Positions 28,261 to 38,167 are shown, numbered from the stretch's first letter. The stretch: DNA of 64,000 nt from Nitrospirota bacterium (GCA_963790025.1 CAWBMP010000004.1:32001-96000); one strand, 5' to 3'. The notes: generated by a model not told the origin, from the letters alone. Translations and numbers: made by a program.

Positions 28261-29166
28261 TTTTTCGAGGGTTTCCGTATCCCCTACATTGAATAGGCGA
28301 ACGGACGGATCTATCCTCTTGATCAATCCCGAAAGCACTTTGCCCGGCCCTGCCTCAATAAAAGTATCAATTCCCGACGATACCAGAACCTTAATACAAT
28401 CCTCCCATAAAACCGATTGGCTCAATTGTCTTACAAGTAACTGTCTTATTGCATCAGCGTCCGAAATAAACTGAGCCTCGGCATTATTGACAAAGGGTAT
28501 TCCGGCATTATTGACAGTTACCTCTTCGAGGACCTCCTCGAACCGCCTTCCTGCATCCTTCATCAGTCTGCAGTGTACGGGAACGCTTACTGTTAGAGGC
28601 ACTGCCCGTTTGGCGCCGTGTGCTTTGGCCCGCTCCATGGCGTCCTCAACAGCAGGGCGTTCGCCTGAGATGACAATCTGGGCTGGACAGTTATAGTTAG
28701 CCACTGCGACATAGCCCGAATCAACGGTCTTACAGATATTGTCAATAACCTTCCTGTCCAGTCCGAGGATTGCTGCCACAAGCCCCTTCCCTTCCGGGAC
28801 AGCCTCATGCATTATTTGGCCCCTCATCCCGGTCAGCCATACTGCATCCTCAAACGAGATGCTTCCGGCTGCCACAAGCGCTGAATATTCTCCGAGGCTG
28901 TGACCGGCCACTGAAGAGGGGTGGATATTTCTGGATTTTAAGACGGTATAAGAAGCTATGCTCGCCACAAGCAGGCAGGGCTGCGTCCTGTGCGTTTTAT
29001 TCAGTTCTTCAGCAGGCCCGTTAAAGCTCAAGCCGGCAACATCATAGTCGAGGACCGCGGATGCCGTCTCATACAGAATCTTCACCTCGTCGAAATTGTC
29101 ATAAAGGTCCTTACCCATGCCGACTTGCTGCGAACCCTGCCCGGGGAAAACAAAAGCTGTTTTCAT
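28231..29166 (-). CDS. fabD: Malonyl-CoA:ACP transacylase
   Basis: FPGQGSQ, GHSLGEY, GPGKVLSGL. Confidence 0.96.
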   Translation of the reverse strand: MKTAFVFPGQGSQQVGMGKDLYDNFDEVKILYETASAVLDYDVAGLSFNGPAEELNKTHRTQPCLLVASIASYTVLKSRNIHPSSVAGHSLGEYSALVAAGSISFEDAVWLTGMRGQIMHEAVPEGKGLVAAILGLDRKVIDNICKTVDSGYVAVANYNCPAQIVISGERPAVEDAMERAKAHGAKRAVPLTVSVPVHCRLMKDAGRRFEEVLEEVTVNNAGIPFVNNAEAQFISDADAIRQLLVRQLSQSVLWEDCIKVLVSSGIDTFIEAGPGKVLSGLIKRIDPSVRLFNVGDTETLEKTLTALSVQR

Positions 29167-30357
29167 TTATTGTTTTCCCTCTTTAAGTTTTTTTATCAAG
29201 ACAGGTAAGACTTCATTAACATCGCCTACAATTCCGTAGGTGGCAACATTGAATATGGGGGCCTCGGGATTTTTATTGATGGCAATAATTATATCCGAGG
29301 ACTGCATCCCTACGAGGTGCTGTACCGCCCCGGATATGCCGCAGGCTATATAGACTTTGGGACAGACCGTTTTTCCTGTCTGCCCCACCTGATGGCTGTA
29401 AGGTATCCATCCTTCGTCGACTGCCGCCCTTGAAGCAGCAACAGCACCATCCAGCAGACCTGCCAGTTCCTCAAGCAGCGCAAATCCTTTGGCGTTGCTC
29501 ATGCCCCTTCCACCCGCAATAATAACTTCTGCTTCCTGAAGATTAACCATGCATTCCGAAGCTTCTTTCAGCGTTTCAACCACTTTCGTACGGCAAGTGA
29601 GATTGCCGGCGTCTACATGGATAATATCGCCTGTTCGATCGGGATCGGCATCTATCCTCTTCATAACCCTGGGCCTGACCGTCGCAATCTGCGGACGGTA
29701 ATTAGGGCAGAGTATCGTCGCCATGATATTACCACCGAAAGCAGGCCTTACCTGGAGCAGATTGCCGGTTTCTTTATCAATGTCGAGTGCGGTGCAGTCT
29801 GCGGTAAGTCCTGTTTTGAGCCGTGCCGCAACCCTCGGTATGAATGACCGCCCTATAGGTGTGGCCCCGGCCAGGACAATTTCAGGCTTATAATCTTTTA
29901 TGAGTTTTGTAAGCAATTGTGAATACGGCTCGTCATTAAAGGTCCCGAAGATGGGGTCTTCGCAGTGGTACACCTTATCGGCTCCCCACGAGATCAGCTC
30001 CTTGGCCGCATAGGCGGCGGCCCCGAACAGTATGGCCGACAGTTCGGTCTTTAATTCATCGGCAAGCCTCCTGCCTGCACCGAGAAGTTCGAAAGCCACA
30101 GAAGCTATTTTTGCGTCCCGCTGCTCCGCAAAAATCCATACGCCGCGGTACCCCGACAGGTTTGATTTTTGCCTGTCCCACTCATCTGCCACCTCGACAA
30201 TTGCGCCTTCGGGGCATGTACCGAGGCACGTCTTGCAGAACTCGCAATATTCGTTTATGACGGCCTTGTCGCCTTTAATTTCTATCGCAGTATAGGGGCA
30301 TGATTCGACGCACTCCTGGCATCCGGTACATCTTTCCGTATTTATGATAATTCGCAT
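29167..30357 (-). CDS. etfA: Electron transfer flavoprotein alpha subunit with N-terminal 2x[4Fe-4S] domain
   Basis: Two CxxCxxCxxxCP motifs; TGLTADC, QVGQTGKTV, GISGAVQH. Confidence 0.94.
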   Translation of the reverse strand: MRIIINTERCTGCQECVESCPYTAIEIKGDKAVINEYCEFCKTCLGTCPEGAIVEVADEWDRQKSNLSGYRGVWIFAEQRDAKIASVAFELLGAGRRLADELKTELSAILFGAAAYAAKELISWGADKVYHCEDPIFGTFNDEPYSQLLTKLIKDYKPEIVLAGATPIGRSFIPRVAARLKTGLTADCTALDIDKETGNLLQVRPAFGGNIMATILCPNYRPQIATVRPRVMKRIDADPDRTGDIIHVDAGNLTCRTKVVETLKEASECMVNLQEAEVIIAGGRGMSNAKGFALLEELAGLLDGAVAASRAAVDEGWIPYSHQVGQTGKTVCPKVYIACGISGAVQHLVGMQSSDIIIAINKNPEAPIFNVATYGIVGDVNEVLPVLIKKLKEGKQ

Positions 30358-31133
30358 TTCAATCCTCTCAGCTCCTTTATAAGTGCCTCGACCTGCTCCT
30401 CAAGACTGCCCTCCAGCATCTTCCTGTCAGCCTTTATTTGCGGGGCGAATATGTTCCTGACCTGCGTCGGAGACCCCTTCAAGCCGATATTCTCCTCTTC
30501 CGCGCCGATGGCGTTTAAATCCATTTTCGTGATTACCGCTTTCTTTGCAGCCATCTTACCTTTAAGCGAAGGCAGGCGCGGGGTGTTAATCTCCTTGACC
30601 ACGGTCATAAGCACAGGCAGTGAAGATTCTACCACGTCGTAGCCGTCGTCCATCAAACGCTGCACGCGTACCATGCCGTCTCCCAGCTCATCGATCTTTC
30701 TAACATATGCAATATGGGGAATATCCAGAAACTCCGCCACTTCAGGGCCAACCTGTGCTGTGTCGCCGTCGATCGCCTGCTTGCCGCAAAGAATGATATC
30801 ATAACCGATCTTATCTATGGCCTTGTACAGAACATAAGATGTGGCCCACGTATCGGCGCCCGCAAAAGCCTTGTCAGATATAAGCCTCACCTCATCGGCG
30901 CCCATAGAGACAGCCTCCCTCAATGCGACCTCAGCCTGTGGAGGACCCATGGTAATAACAGTTACTTTCCCTCCTGTTTTCTCCCTGATCTGCAGTGCCG
31001 CCTCAAGCGCATGCAGGTCATAAGGATTTATAATGCTTGGGACCCCCTCGCGCACTAGCGTATTTGTTTCAGGGTTTATCCGCACTTCGGCAGTGTCGGG
31101 GACCTGTTTGATGCAAACAATAATATTCACCAT
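30342..31133 (-). CDS. etfB: Electron transfer flavoprotein beta subunit
   Basis: VCIKQVPD, GADTWATS, GKQAIDGDTAQVGP; start at ATG 31133 after SD ggagga. Confidence 0.95.
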   Translation of the reverse strand: MVNIIVCIKQVPDTAEVRINPETNTLVREGVPSIINPYDLHALEAALQIREKTGGKVTVITMGPPQAEVALREAVSMGADEVRLISDKAFAGADTWATSYVLYKAIDKIGYDIILCGKQAIDGDTAQVGPEVAEFLDIPHIAYVRKIDELGDGMVRVQRLMDDGYDVVESSLPVLMTVVKEINTPRLPSLKGKMAAKKAVITKMDLNAIGAEEENIGLKGSPTQVRNIFAPQIKADRKMLEGSLEEQVEALIKELRGLKCELS

Positions 31134-31183
31134 ATCCTCCAAAGTAAAAAGTAAGAAGACTGCGGCGCAACCTTAAAGCGACT

Positions 31184-31383
31184 GCGCATAGCCTGGAGAC
31201 AAGCAGTGTCGGCCTGAACGAAATTGATGTTTTTCGTTCACAGTTCTTGGCGAATGGAACGTGTAGCAGCCGTAACTGTTTGAGCCGGAGGCGAGTTTTA
31301 CGGCTGTAGTGGAATGAGCCGTAGAACTGTCGAAAAACATCATCTGAGTGAAAGACGGCGCTGCTTGACTCCAGGCTATGTGC
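31184..31383 (+). repeat. Rod-like structured repeat element, copy 2
   Basis: Stems gcgcatagcctggag/ctccaggctatgtgc, tgatgtttttcg/cgaaaaacatca, acagttct/agaactgt, cagccgtaa/ttacggctg; same apical core as 15514-15693. Confidence 0.78.
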
Positions 31384-31427
31384 TCTCACTCTTAATAGCA
31401 CCAGTCTTTAGCTTAAAATTATACCTT

Positions 31428-31802
31428 TTATTTCTCTTTCGTTTCAAGCACAACGGTCGCCACGGCGTAATGCCGCTCATGGGAAAGGGTAAGATTGATG
31501 ATGTAGCGCTTCGGTAAATCTCCCGGGACGGTAATATAGGGCTTTCCCGATGGAAGATTCAGTACTGCAATATCGGTCATGTGCGGCATCCCGTAAGGTG
31601 CCTCCCGGCCTGATAATGCCTTTATAAATGCCTCCTTTGCGGCAAAACGGACGGCAAGGCATTGGAACACGTTTTTATTCTTGTAACAATAAGATATTTC
31701 ATTCTCAGTGAATATTTTTCTTAAAAATTTATCACCCCATTTTTGGACCGCATTTTTTATTCTATCTATTTCGACAATATCAGTGCCAATGCCGCAGATC
31801 AT
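31428..31802 (-). CDS. acpS: Holo-ACP synthase
   Basis: GIGTDIVEI, RFAAKEAFIKA, LSHE. Confidence 0.95.
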   Translation of the reverse strand: MICGIGTDIVEIDRIKNAVQKWGDKFLRKIFTENEISYCYKNKNVFQCLAVRFAAKEAFIKALSGREAPYGMPHMTDIAVLNLPSGKPYITVPGDLPKRYIINLTLSHERHYAVATVVLETKEK

Positions 31803-32512
31803 TAAAACCCCACTAACTCCTTCATCTCTCTCACCGCTCTCTGGATTCCCACGAGCACTGCTCTTGAAATAATGCTGTGCCCGATATAAAGCCCTCTGAT
31901 TTCCTTTATTGCAGCTATATCCATTACATTGAAGTAATTCAGACCGTGGCCGGCGTTGGCATGCAGGCCCTGCTTGACTGCTATTTTGACAGCTTCAGCA
32001 ATCCTGTGCAGTTCCTCCGTCTTTCTTTTCGCCCCGGCGTTCGAGTAGAGTCCTGAATGTATCTCCACCATATCAGCCTCGATTTCCCGAGCTATATCCA
32101 CATCAATAATGTGAGGATTAATAAAAAGGCTGACGGGAATATCGGCTTCATGGATTTTTCTGACAGCCTCCTTAAGGCGGTCTTTCTGTCCGATCATGTC
32201 CAACCCGCCTTCGGTAGTGAGTTCCTGACGTTTCTCCGGCACAAGCGTTACCATGTCAGGTTTCACCTCAAGCGCTATGCGTATCATTTCCTCTGTTGCA
32301 GCCATCTCCAGGTTCAGCTCGCACGGGACCGTCTCCCGCAAAAGCTTCAAGTCTCTGTCATGCACGTGTCGTCTGTCCTCCCTGAGGTGGACAGTTATTC
32401 CGTCAGCCCCTCCGAGTATGGCCAAGGTTGCGGCCACAACAGGATCGGGCTCGATCGTTTTTCTCGCCTCTCTGAGCGTAGCCACGTGGTCAACATTAAC
32501 ACCGAGTATCAT
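31802..32512 (-). CDS. pdxJ: Pyridoxine 5'-phosphate synthase
   Basis: LGVNVDHVATLR, HLREDRRH, TTEGG, NAGHGL. Confidence 0.97.
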   Translation of the reverse strand: MILGVNVDHVATLREARKTIEPDPVVAATLAILGGADGITVHLREDRRHVHDRDLKLLRETVPCELNLEMAATEEMIRIALEVKPDMVTLVPEKRQELTTEGGLDMIGQKDRLKEAVRKIHEADIPVSLFINPHIIDVDIAREIEADMVEIHSGLYSNAGAKRKTEELHRIAEAVKIAVKQGLHANAGHGLNYFNVMDIAAIKEIRGLYIGHSIISRAVLVGIQRAVREMKELVGF

Positions 32513-32528
32513 CTATGAACCTCCTTCT

Positions 32529-34226
32529 TCAGTCCGCATCTGAAATCCTGACAAGAGTGCCTTTTTTAGCGGCATAACGGAAAACTGTTATACCTTTTGC
32601 CCCCTTTTCATAAGCAAGGAGATAAGCCCCGGCAACATCCTCTTTCTTTGCCTTATGGGGGAGGTTAATAGTCTTGGAAACAGCGTTATCGGTATATTTC
32701 TGAAAGGCCACCTGCATCTCAATGTGGTCCTCAAACGGTATTTCCAGGGCCGTCCTAAAAAGCTTTTTTATTTTCCCCGGTATTTCCCTTATTCCCCTGA
32801 GGTTGCCATTGCCCAAAACACGTTTCATCACCGCATCAGAATAAAACTCCTGTTTTTTTGCTATCTCGATAAAATATTTATTAGTCTCATAGATTTCGGT
32901 ATCAAGAACAAGCCTCTTGTATGCAACGGCAAAAAGAGGTTCGATGCCGCTCGAACAGTCTGCAATAGTGGATATTGTCCCGGTCGGAGCAACGGTAGTT
33001 GTCGTGGCGTTCCTGACCTTCGGCATACCGGGTGCATCGTAAACCGACCCCCTGAAATTGGGAAACATACCGCGGTTATCTGCAAGCTCCACCGAGGCCT
33101 CACGCGCCTTGTCTCTTATAAACTTCATTACCCGGCGGGCCAGCAGGAAGGCCTTCCTGTCGTTGTAAGGAATGCCCAGCAGTATGAGCATATCAGCCCA
33201 ACCCATAACGCCGAGTCCTATCTTTCTGTTCCCCTTATGCATTCTTTCAATGTCAGGCAGTGGATACCGGTTTGCATCAATGCAATTATCGAGAAACCGC
33301 ACTGCGGTCTTCACGTCACTCCCAAGGGCATCAAAATCGATCTTCCCTCCTGAAACATAAAGAGACAGATTCATGGAACCCAGGACACACGCCTCAAACG
33401 GCAGGAGCGGCTGCTCCCCGCAGGGATTGGTGCTTTCAAACTGTCCGATATGCGGCGTCGGGTTGGCCCGGTTAATCCTGTCTATGAAAATGAGGCCCGG
33501 GTCTCCGGTTTCCCATGCGCTTTCAACTATCTCGTTAAAAACATCCTTTGCCTTTAATCTGCCTGCTGATTCACCGCTGCGCGGATTGATCAGATCGTAT
33601 TCAGCATCGCTTTTCAGCGCTTTCATAAAGGCATCGCTTATTGAAACAGAAATATTAAAGTTGATCAACTCACTGCTGTCCCGCTTGATTTTTATAAATT
33701 CAAGGATATCGGGATGGTCGACGCGCAGCATACCCATATTTGCGCCGCGCCTGGCGCCCCCCTGTTTTATGACCTCGGTGGCTGTATTATATATCTTGAT
33801 AAAAGAGACCGGACCGCTGGCAATTCCTCCCGTAGACCTGACAACATCCATTCTGGGCCTTAAACTGGAAAAGGAGAAGCCGGTGCCGCCGCCGCTTTGA
33901 AGGACCAGCGCAGCGTTTGTCAATGTATCAAAGATGCTCTTCATCGAGTCCTGCACCGGCAGAACAAAACATGCGGCCAACTGTCCCATTTGCTTACCGG
34001 CATTCATCAGCGCGGGAGAGTTGGGGAGAAACCTGAGTGACGTCATAAGCTCGTAAAACTTCTCTTCCCAATAGGCGACATTGTCATGGTAAAGTCCCTC
34101 TGCATCTGCAACGCCGCGGGAGACCCGCCTGAACATTTCTTCAGGGGTCTCGATAATACGTGACTTTTCGTCCCTGAGGAGATACCGTGCCCGCAGTACC
34201 TTCAAGGCATTCTCCGATAATTTCAT
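32529..34226 (-). CDS. nrdJ: Class II (AdoCbl-dependent) ribonucleotide reductase
   Basis: FLPNSP, ACFV, TNPCGEQPL, ACVLGS, APTGT, SSGIEP; start MKLSEN. Confidence 0.93.
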   Translation of the reverse strand: MKLSENALKVLRARYLLRDEKSRIIETPEEMFRRVSRGVADAEGLYHDNVAYWEEKFYELMTSLRFLPNSPALMNAGKQMGQLAACFVLPVQDSMKSIFDTLTNAALVLQSGGGTGFSFSSLRPRMDVVRSTGGIASGPVSFIKIYNTATEVIKQGGARRGANMGMLRVDHPDILEFIKIKRDSSELINFNISVSISDAFMKALKSDAEYDLINPRSGESAGRLKAKDVFNEIVESAWETGDPGLIFIDRINRANPTPHIGQFESTNPCGEQPLLPFEACVLGSMNLSLYVSGGKIDFDALGSDVKTAVRFLDNCIDANRYPLPDIERMHKGNRKIGLGVMGWADMLILLGIPYNDRKAFLLARRVMKFIRDKAREASVELADNRGMFPNFRGSVYDAPGMPKVRNATTTTVAPTGTISTIADCSSGIEPLFAVAYKRLVLDTEIYETNKYFIEIAKKQEFYSDAVMKRVLGNGNLRGIREIPGKIKKLFRTALEIPFEDHIEMQVAFQKYTDNAVSKTINLPHKAKKEDVAGAYLLAYEKGAKGITVFRYAAKKGTLVRISDAD

Positions 34227-34245
34227 ACAGGAATTATAACGCAAA

Positions 34246-34317
34246 TGACAGTGTCTGTGTCAGTGTCGGTGTCGGTTCATAGATTCCGTTATTGACACTA
34301 ACACTGTCACTGAAACT
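34246..34317. repeat. Palindromic hexamer micro-repeat (CAGTGT / ACACTG)
   Basis: cagtgtctgtgtcagtgtcggtgtcgg ... gacactaacactgtcactg, between two divergent TATAAT boxes. Confidence 0.75.
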
Positions 34318-34335
34318 TCGCTTTGGTTATAATAA

Positions 34336-34887
34336 ATGATGGATGTTATCGGTTTAATTGAAAAATATTACTCTCACGATTCGGAGGCCTATTTTCTCCT
34401 GGTCCACCATAGCAGACTTGTAGCGGAAAAAGCCCTTCAGGTGGCTGCACGGATTTCAATGCCCGTTCCTGATTTAACCTTTATCGAGGAAGCCGCCATG
34501 CTCCACGATATCGGCATTTTCATGACCGATGAGCCGCTTATAGGCTGTTACGGAACTCACCCCTACATAGCCCATGGCTGCCTGGGAAGAGATTTGCTGG
34601 AGAAGGAGGGCTTGCCGGCCCACGCTCTGGTGTGCGAAAGGCACGTCGGCACCGGATTGACATCCGCCGACATAGCGGAAGGCAACCTCCCCATTCCTAG
34701 AAGATCGATGAAGCCTGTGACACTGGAAGAACAAATTATCTGTTTCGCCGACAAATTCTATTCAAAAAAGAAAGACAGGCTCATGCACGAAAAACCTGTG
34801 GCTGAAATCCGAAAAGGTTTGGCCCGATACGGCAAAAGCAAACTGCAGCAATTCGATGAATGGCTGGTCCTGTTTAAAGAGAAGTAA
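34336..34887 (+). CDS. HD-domain phosphohydrolase
   Basis: HS...LHDIG...HG...RH...ADKF. Confidence 0.9.
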   Translation: MMDVIGLIEKYYSHDSEAYFLLVHHSRLVAEKALQVAARISMPVPDLTFIEEAAMLHDIGIFMTDEPLIGCYGTHPYIAHGCLGRDLLEKEGLPAHALVCERHVGTGLTSADIAEGNLPIPRRSMKPVTLEEQIICFADKFYSKKKDRLMHEKPVAEIRKGLARYGKSKLQQFDEWLVLFKEK

Positions 34888-34971
34888 AAAGTGAAAAGGT
34901 AAAAAAATTCAAGCTAAGAATTTAAAAAAGCCTTTCCTTTTGACTTTACTTTTAACTTATTACTTTTAACT
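34881..34971. repeat. Palindromic heptamer micro-repeat (AAGTAAA / TTTACTT)
   Basis: aagtaaaaagtgaaaaggtaaaa ... ttttgactttacttttaacttattacttttaact, between convergent genes. Confidence 0.65.
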
Positions 34972-36249
34972 TGTTTTTAATGCCCTTTCAACCGTCCTGA
35001 TGGCGCAAAACTCCCCGCACATGCTGCACACCTCTTTCTCGGCAGGCGGGACCTTGCCCCTCCACTCTCTCACCTTCTCAGGGTTTAAACTGAGAGATAT
35101 CTGTCCCTCCCAATTGAGGTCCTTTCTGAAACGGGCCATCTGCTTGTCTTTTTCCAGCGCACCGGGTACTCCTTTGGCAATATCCGCCGCATGTGCCGCT
35201 ATCTTCGACGCAATGACCCCTTCACGGACATCTTCGATGTCAGGCAGCCTTATGTGCTCAGCAGGAGTCACATAGCACAGGAAATCGGCCCCTGCGGCCC
35301 CTGCGATGGCGCCTCCTATCGCTGCAGCGATGTGATCGTATCCCATAGCAATATCCGTGACCAAAGGCCCGAGTACATAAAATGGCGCACCTTTGCAAAT
35401 CTCCTTCTGCAACTTGATATTCAGTTCCACCTGGTCCAGAGGCACATGACCCGGACCTTCTATAATGGTCTGCACGCCTGCTTCAAGCGCCCTGTCCCTC
35501 AATTCACCGAGCGTGACCAATTCCTCCAACTGGCTCCGGTCGGTTGCATCAGCAATACAGCCGGGCCGGAACCCATCTCCCAGGCTCAGGGTCAAATCAT
35601 ATTTTTTTGCCATTTCCAAAAGCCGGTCGTACTGTTCAAAGAGGGGGTTCTCCCTGTCATTCAAGATCATCCACTCAAGCAAAAAAGCTCCTCCCCTGCT
35701 GACCACGTCAAGTATACGTCTGTCCTCTCTTAACCGCTGTATGGCCTTCTGCGTGATGCCGCAGTGAACAGTAACAAAATCAACACCATCTTTAGCATGA
35801 TCTTCAATCACTCCGAAAAGGTCTTCCGGGTCCATCCTGGCAATATGGCCGCTGCTTTCGGCGGTTTTTACAATGGCCTCGTAGATCGGGACCGTGCCGA
35901 CCGCAACAGAAGATCGTTTCATTAGCGTCTGCCTTAAATCCTTTATAGCTCCGCCGGTTGAAAGGTCCATCACCGCGTCCGCACCATGTCTTATCAGCAC
36001 TTCGAGTTTTTGCAATTCCTCATCATAAGAAATCCTGTCTTTTGACGTGCCGATGTTTGCATTAATTTTTGTACGCATCCCCCGTCCGATGCCAAGAGGA
36101 AAAATATTGTGAAGCGCATTGCGGGTAATTACCGAAAAGCCTGAGGCAATATCTGTGGCGAGCCTCTCCGGTGCCATAGACTCAGTACGTGCCACCATCG
36201 CCATTTCATCGGTAATAATGCCTTTTCTTGCCTGCTCTATTCTTGTCAT
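34966..36249 (-). CDS. thiC: Phosphomethylpyrimidine synthase
   Basis: TKINANIG, MDLSTG, SRGG, EGPGH, CSMCGEFC. Confidence 0.96.
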   Translation of the reverse strand: MTRIEQARKGIITDEMAMVARTESMAPERLATDIASGFSVITRNALHNIFPLGIGRGMRTKINANIGTSKDRISYDEELQKLEVLIRHGADAVMDLSTGGAIKDLRQTLMKRSSVAVGTVPIYEAIVKTAESSGHIARMDPEDLFGVIEDHAKDGVDFVTVHCGITQKAIQRLREDRRILDVVSRGGAFLLEWMILNDRENPLFEQYDRLLEMAKKYDLTLSLGDGFRPGCIADATDRSQLEELVTLGELRDRALEAGVQTIIEGPGHVPLDQVELNIKLQKEICKGAPFYVLGPLVTDIAMGYDHIAAAIGGAIAGAAGADFLCYVTPAEHIRLPDIEDVREGVIASKIAAHAADIAKGVPGALEKDKQMARFRKDLNWEGQISLSLNPEKVREWRGKVPPAEKEVCSMCGEFCAIRTVERALKTS

Positions 36250-36265
36250 AATTCATCTCCTTAAA

Positions 36266-36354
36266 AAGTAAGGTAAAAGTCGAGGCAGAGGTAATGAAAA
36301 AACAACAAAAAAGCTTTGTTTTAATCTATACCTATACCTTTACCTCTGCCTCGC
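36266..36354. repeat. Palindromic hexamer micro-repeat (AGGYAR / YTRCCT)
   Basis: aaggtaaaagtcgaggcagaggta ... tatacctatacctttacctctgcctcg; encodes the ThiE tail. Confidence 0.75.
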
Positions 36355-37005
36355 TTTTATCGTATTCAGATACTCTTTTGCTGCTGCATTTGTATCACCT
36401 TCACCCAGTATGCCGCTTATTACCGCTATCCCCATGGCGCCTGAGTGCATCACTACCTTTATCGTATCGCGCTTGACCCCGCCGATACCAAAAACCGGAA
36501 TGGCAATTTCTTCCGTAACTTTTTTCAGTGCTTCCAATCCGACCGGCGCACCGTATTGCAATTTTGAAGGGGTCTGGTAAAGCGGACCGAAAGTGATAAA
36601 ATCGGCCCCTTCCTTTTCAGCGAGGCGTGCCTCTTCCAAACTATGAGTGGAAACACCGATGAAAAGGCGGTCACCGGCTATCTTTCTGACTGCAAAGACA
36701 GGCATGGAGGCTTGTCCCAGATGCACGCCGTCAGCACCGGCGCATAGAGCTATATCAGCCCGGTCGTTTATAAAAAATTTTGCATGATAATGCATGGTCA
36801 GTTCTCTCATCCTGTATGCCATTGCAAGTAATTCCCTTGTGGACAAATCCTTCTCCCTTAACTGCACCGCTTCAACACCCGCCTTCAGAGCACCTCCAAG
36901 GGCCCCAAAAAAAGCATCATGGTCAGAGAATACCTTTCTATCAGTAATCAAATAAAGATTGAAATCTACTTTCCGTTCATGCATAAGAGCACCGCAATGC
37001 ATCAC
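36340..37005 (-). CDS. thiE: Thiamine phosphate synthase (start uncertain)
   Basis: LYLITD, VQLREK, INDR, GVHLG, STHS. Confidence 0.94.
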   Translation of the reverse strand: MMHCGALMHERKVDFNLYLITDRKVFSDHDAFFGALGGALKAGVEAVQLREKDLSTRELLAMAYRMRELTMHYHAKFFINDRADIALCAGADGVHLGQASMPVFAVRKIAGDRLFIGVSTHSLEEARLAEKEGADFITFGPLYQTPSKLQYGAPVGLEALKKVTEEIAIPVFGIGGVKRDTIKVVMHSGAMGIAVISGILGEGDTNAAAKEYLNTIKARQR

Positions 37006-37010
37006 CGGTT

Positions 37011-37781
37011 TCAGAGCAATCCTTCTATCGGGCTGCTGGCCGCAGCGTAAAGCTTCTTCCCCATTCTCCCGGCCTTATATGCCAGCCGTCCTGCAATTAC
37101 AGCGTGCTTCATCGCGGTTGCCATTGCTATAGGGTCTTTGGCTGCGGCAATTGCGGTATTGATCAGCACCGCATCACAACCAAGCTCCATTGCAATCGTC
37201 GCATCAGAAGCGGTACCGACTCCAGCGTCAACAAGGACAGGGACCTTTGATACCTCGATGATTATTTTGATGTTGTAAGGATTTCTAATCCCCAGTCCCG
37301 AGCCGATCGGCGCACCGAGCGGCATCACCGCGGCGGCCCCTGCATTCTCGAGTCGCCTGGCCATTATGGGGTCATCGTTAGTGTAAGGAAAGACAATGAA
37401 GCCCTCTTTTGCAAGTATTTCAGTTGCCTGGAGGAGCCCTATGGTATCGGGAAACAACGTCCGCTCATCCCCGATAACCTCGAGCTTGATCATGTCCGAT
37501 ATTCCTGCTTCCCTCGCCAGACGTGAATACCTCACGGCATCCTCCACAGAGTAGCATCCTGCCGTATTGGGTAGTATCCTGTATCTCTTCGGGTCAATAT
37601 AATCGAGAAGATTCTCTGATTTCCTGTCCGTGATATTCACCCTCCTCACTGCAACGGTCACCACATCAGCGCCGGAAGCTTCTACCGCCTTCGCTGTTTC
37701 GGCAAAGTTTTTATACTTTCCGGTGCCGATCCAGAGTCGGGAATTAAACTCGGTCCCCCTGATGATTAATGTGTCATCCAC
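37011..37781 (-). CDS. thiG: Thiazole synthase
   Basis: [32 protein letters not shown] start overlapping the thiS end. Confidence 0.96.
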   Translation of the reverse strand: MDDTLIIRGTEFNSRLWIGTGKYKNFAETAKAVEASGADVVTVAVRRVNITDRKSENLLDYIDPKRYRILPNTAGCYSVEDAVRYSRLAREAGISDMIKLEVIGDERTLFPDTIGLLQATEILAKEGFIVFPYTNDDPIMARRLENAGAAAVMPLGAPIGSGLGIRNPYNIKIIIEVSKVPVLVDAGVGTASDATIAMELGCDAVLINTAIAAAKDPIAMATAMKHAVIAGRLAYKAGRMGKKLYAAASSPIEGLL

Positions 37782-37980
37782 GTGAGCCTCCTCCAACAAA
37801 ATTCACTATTTCTACAACATCGCCTTCGTGCAGCGGAAGCCGCTCAAAGTCAGTCCTCCTGAGCACTTTGAGGTTCACTTCAACAGCAACCCTTTCAGGC
37901 TTGATTTCCTTCTCTTGCAAAAGCTGCAGCACTGTTGCCGCAGCTGTCTCCAAATCTTCACCATTTACTTTAAGTCTCAT
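37774..37980 (-). CDS. thiS: Sulfur carrier ThiS (GG motif followed by SRG extension)
   Basis: VNGE...VAVEVN...EIVNFVGGG. Confidence 0.92.
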   Translation of the reverse strand: MRLKVNGEDLETAAATVLQLLQEKEIKPERVAVEVNLKVLRRTDFERLPLHEGDVVEIVNFVGGGSRG

Positions 37981-37988
37981 AATAACTA

Positions 37989-38020
37989 AAAATCCCCTAT
38001 CCCTGATGGGGGAATAGAGG
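37989..38020 (-). terminator. Riboswitch expression-platform terminator
   Basis: Minus strand cctctattccc-ccatca-gggatagggg-attttt between aptamer and thiS ATG. Confidence 0.6.
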
Positions 38021-38027
38021 ACTGTCT

Positions 38028-38118
38028 TCCATTCCCTACGCCGGAATTATCCGGATCAGGTTCAAGGGGTATATTCCAAAATAGGAAAACTCTCAGGCCT
38101 AAGGCCTCCCCCATGGTT
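38028..38118 (-). ncRNA. TPP riboswitch
   Basis: GGGG...GCCTGAGA...ATACCC...GAACCTGATCCGGATAAT.CCGGCGTAGGGA upstream of thiSGEC. Confidence 0.95.
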
Positions 38119-38167
38119 AATTGAATCATATACCGAAAAAATTATATTTGTCAATAAGAAAGGAAGA

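Noticed and set aside
31210..31355. Hammerhead ribozyme suggested by CTGA...GAAA words
   Set aside because: The sequences are CTGAACG and CTGAGTG, not CUGANGA, and the fold is a rod rather than a three-way junction.
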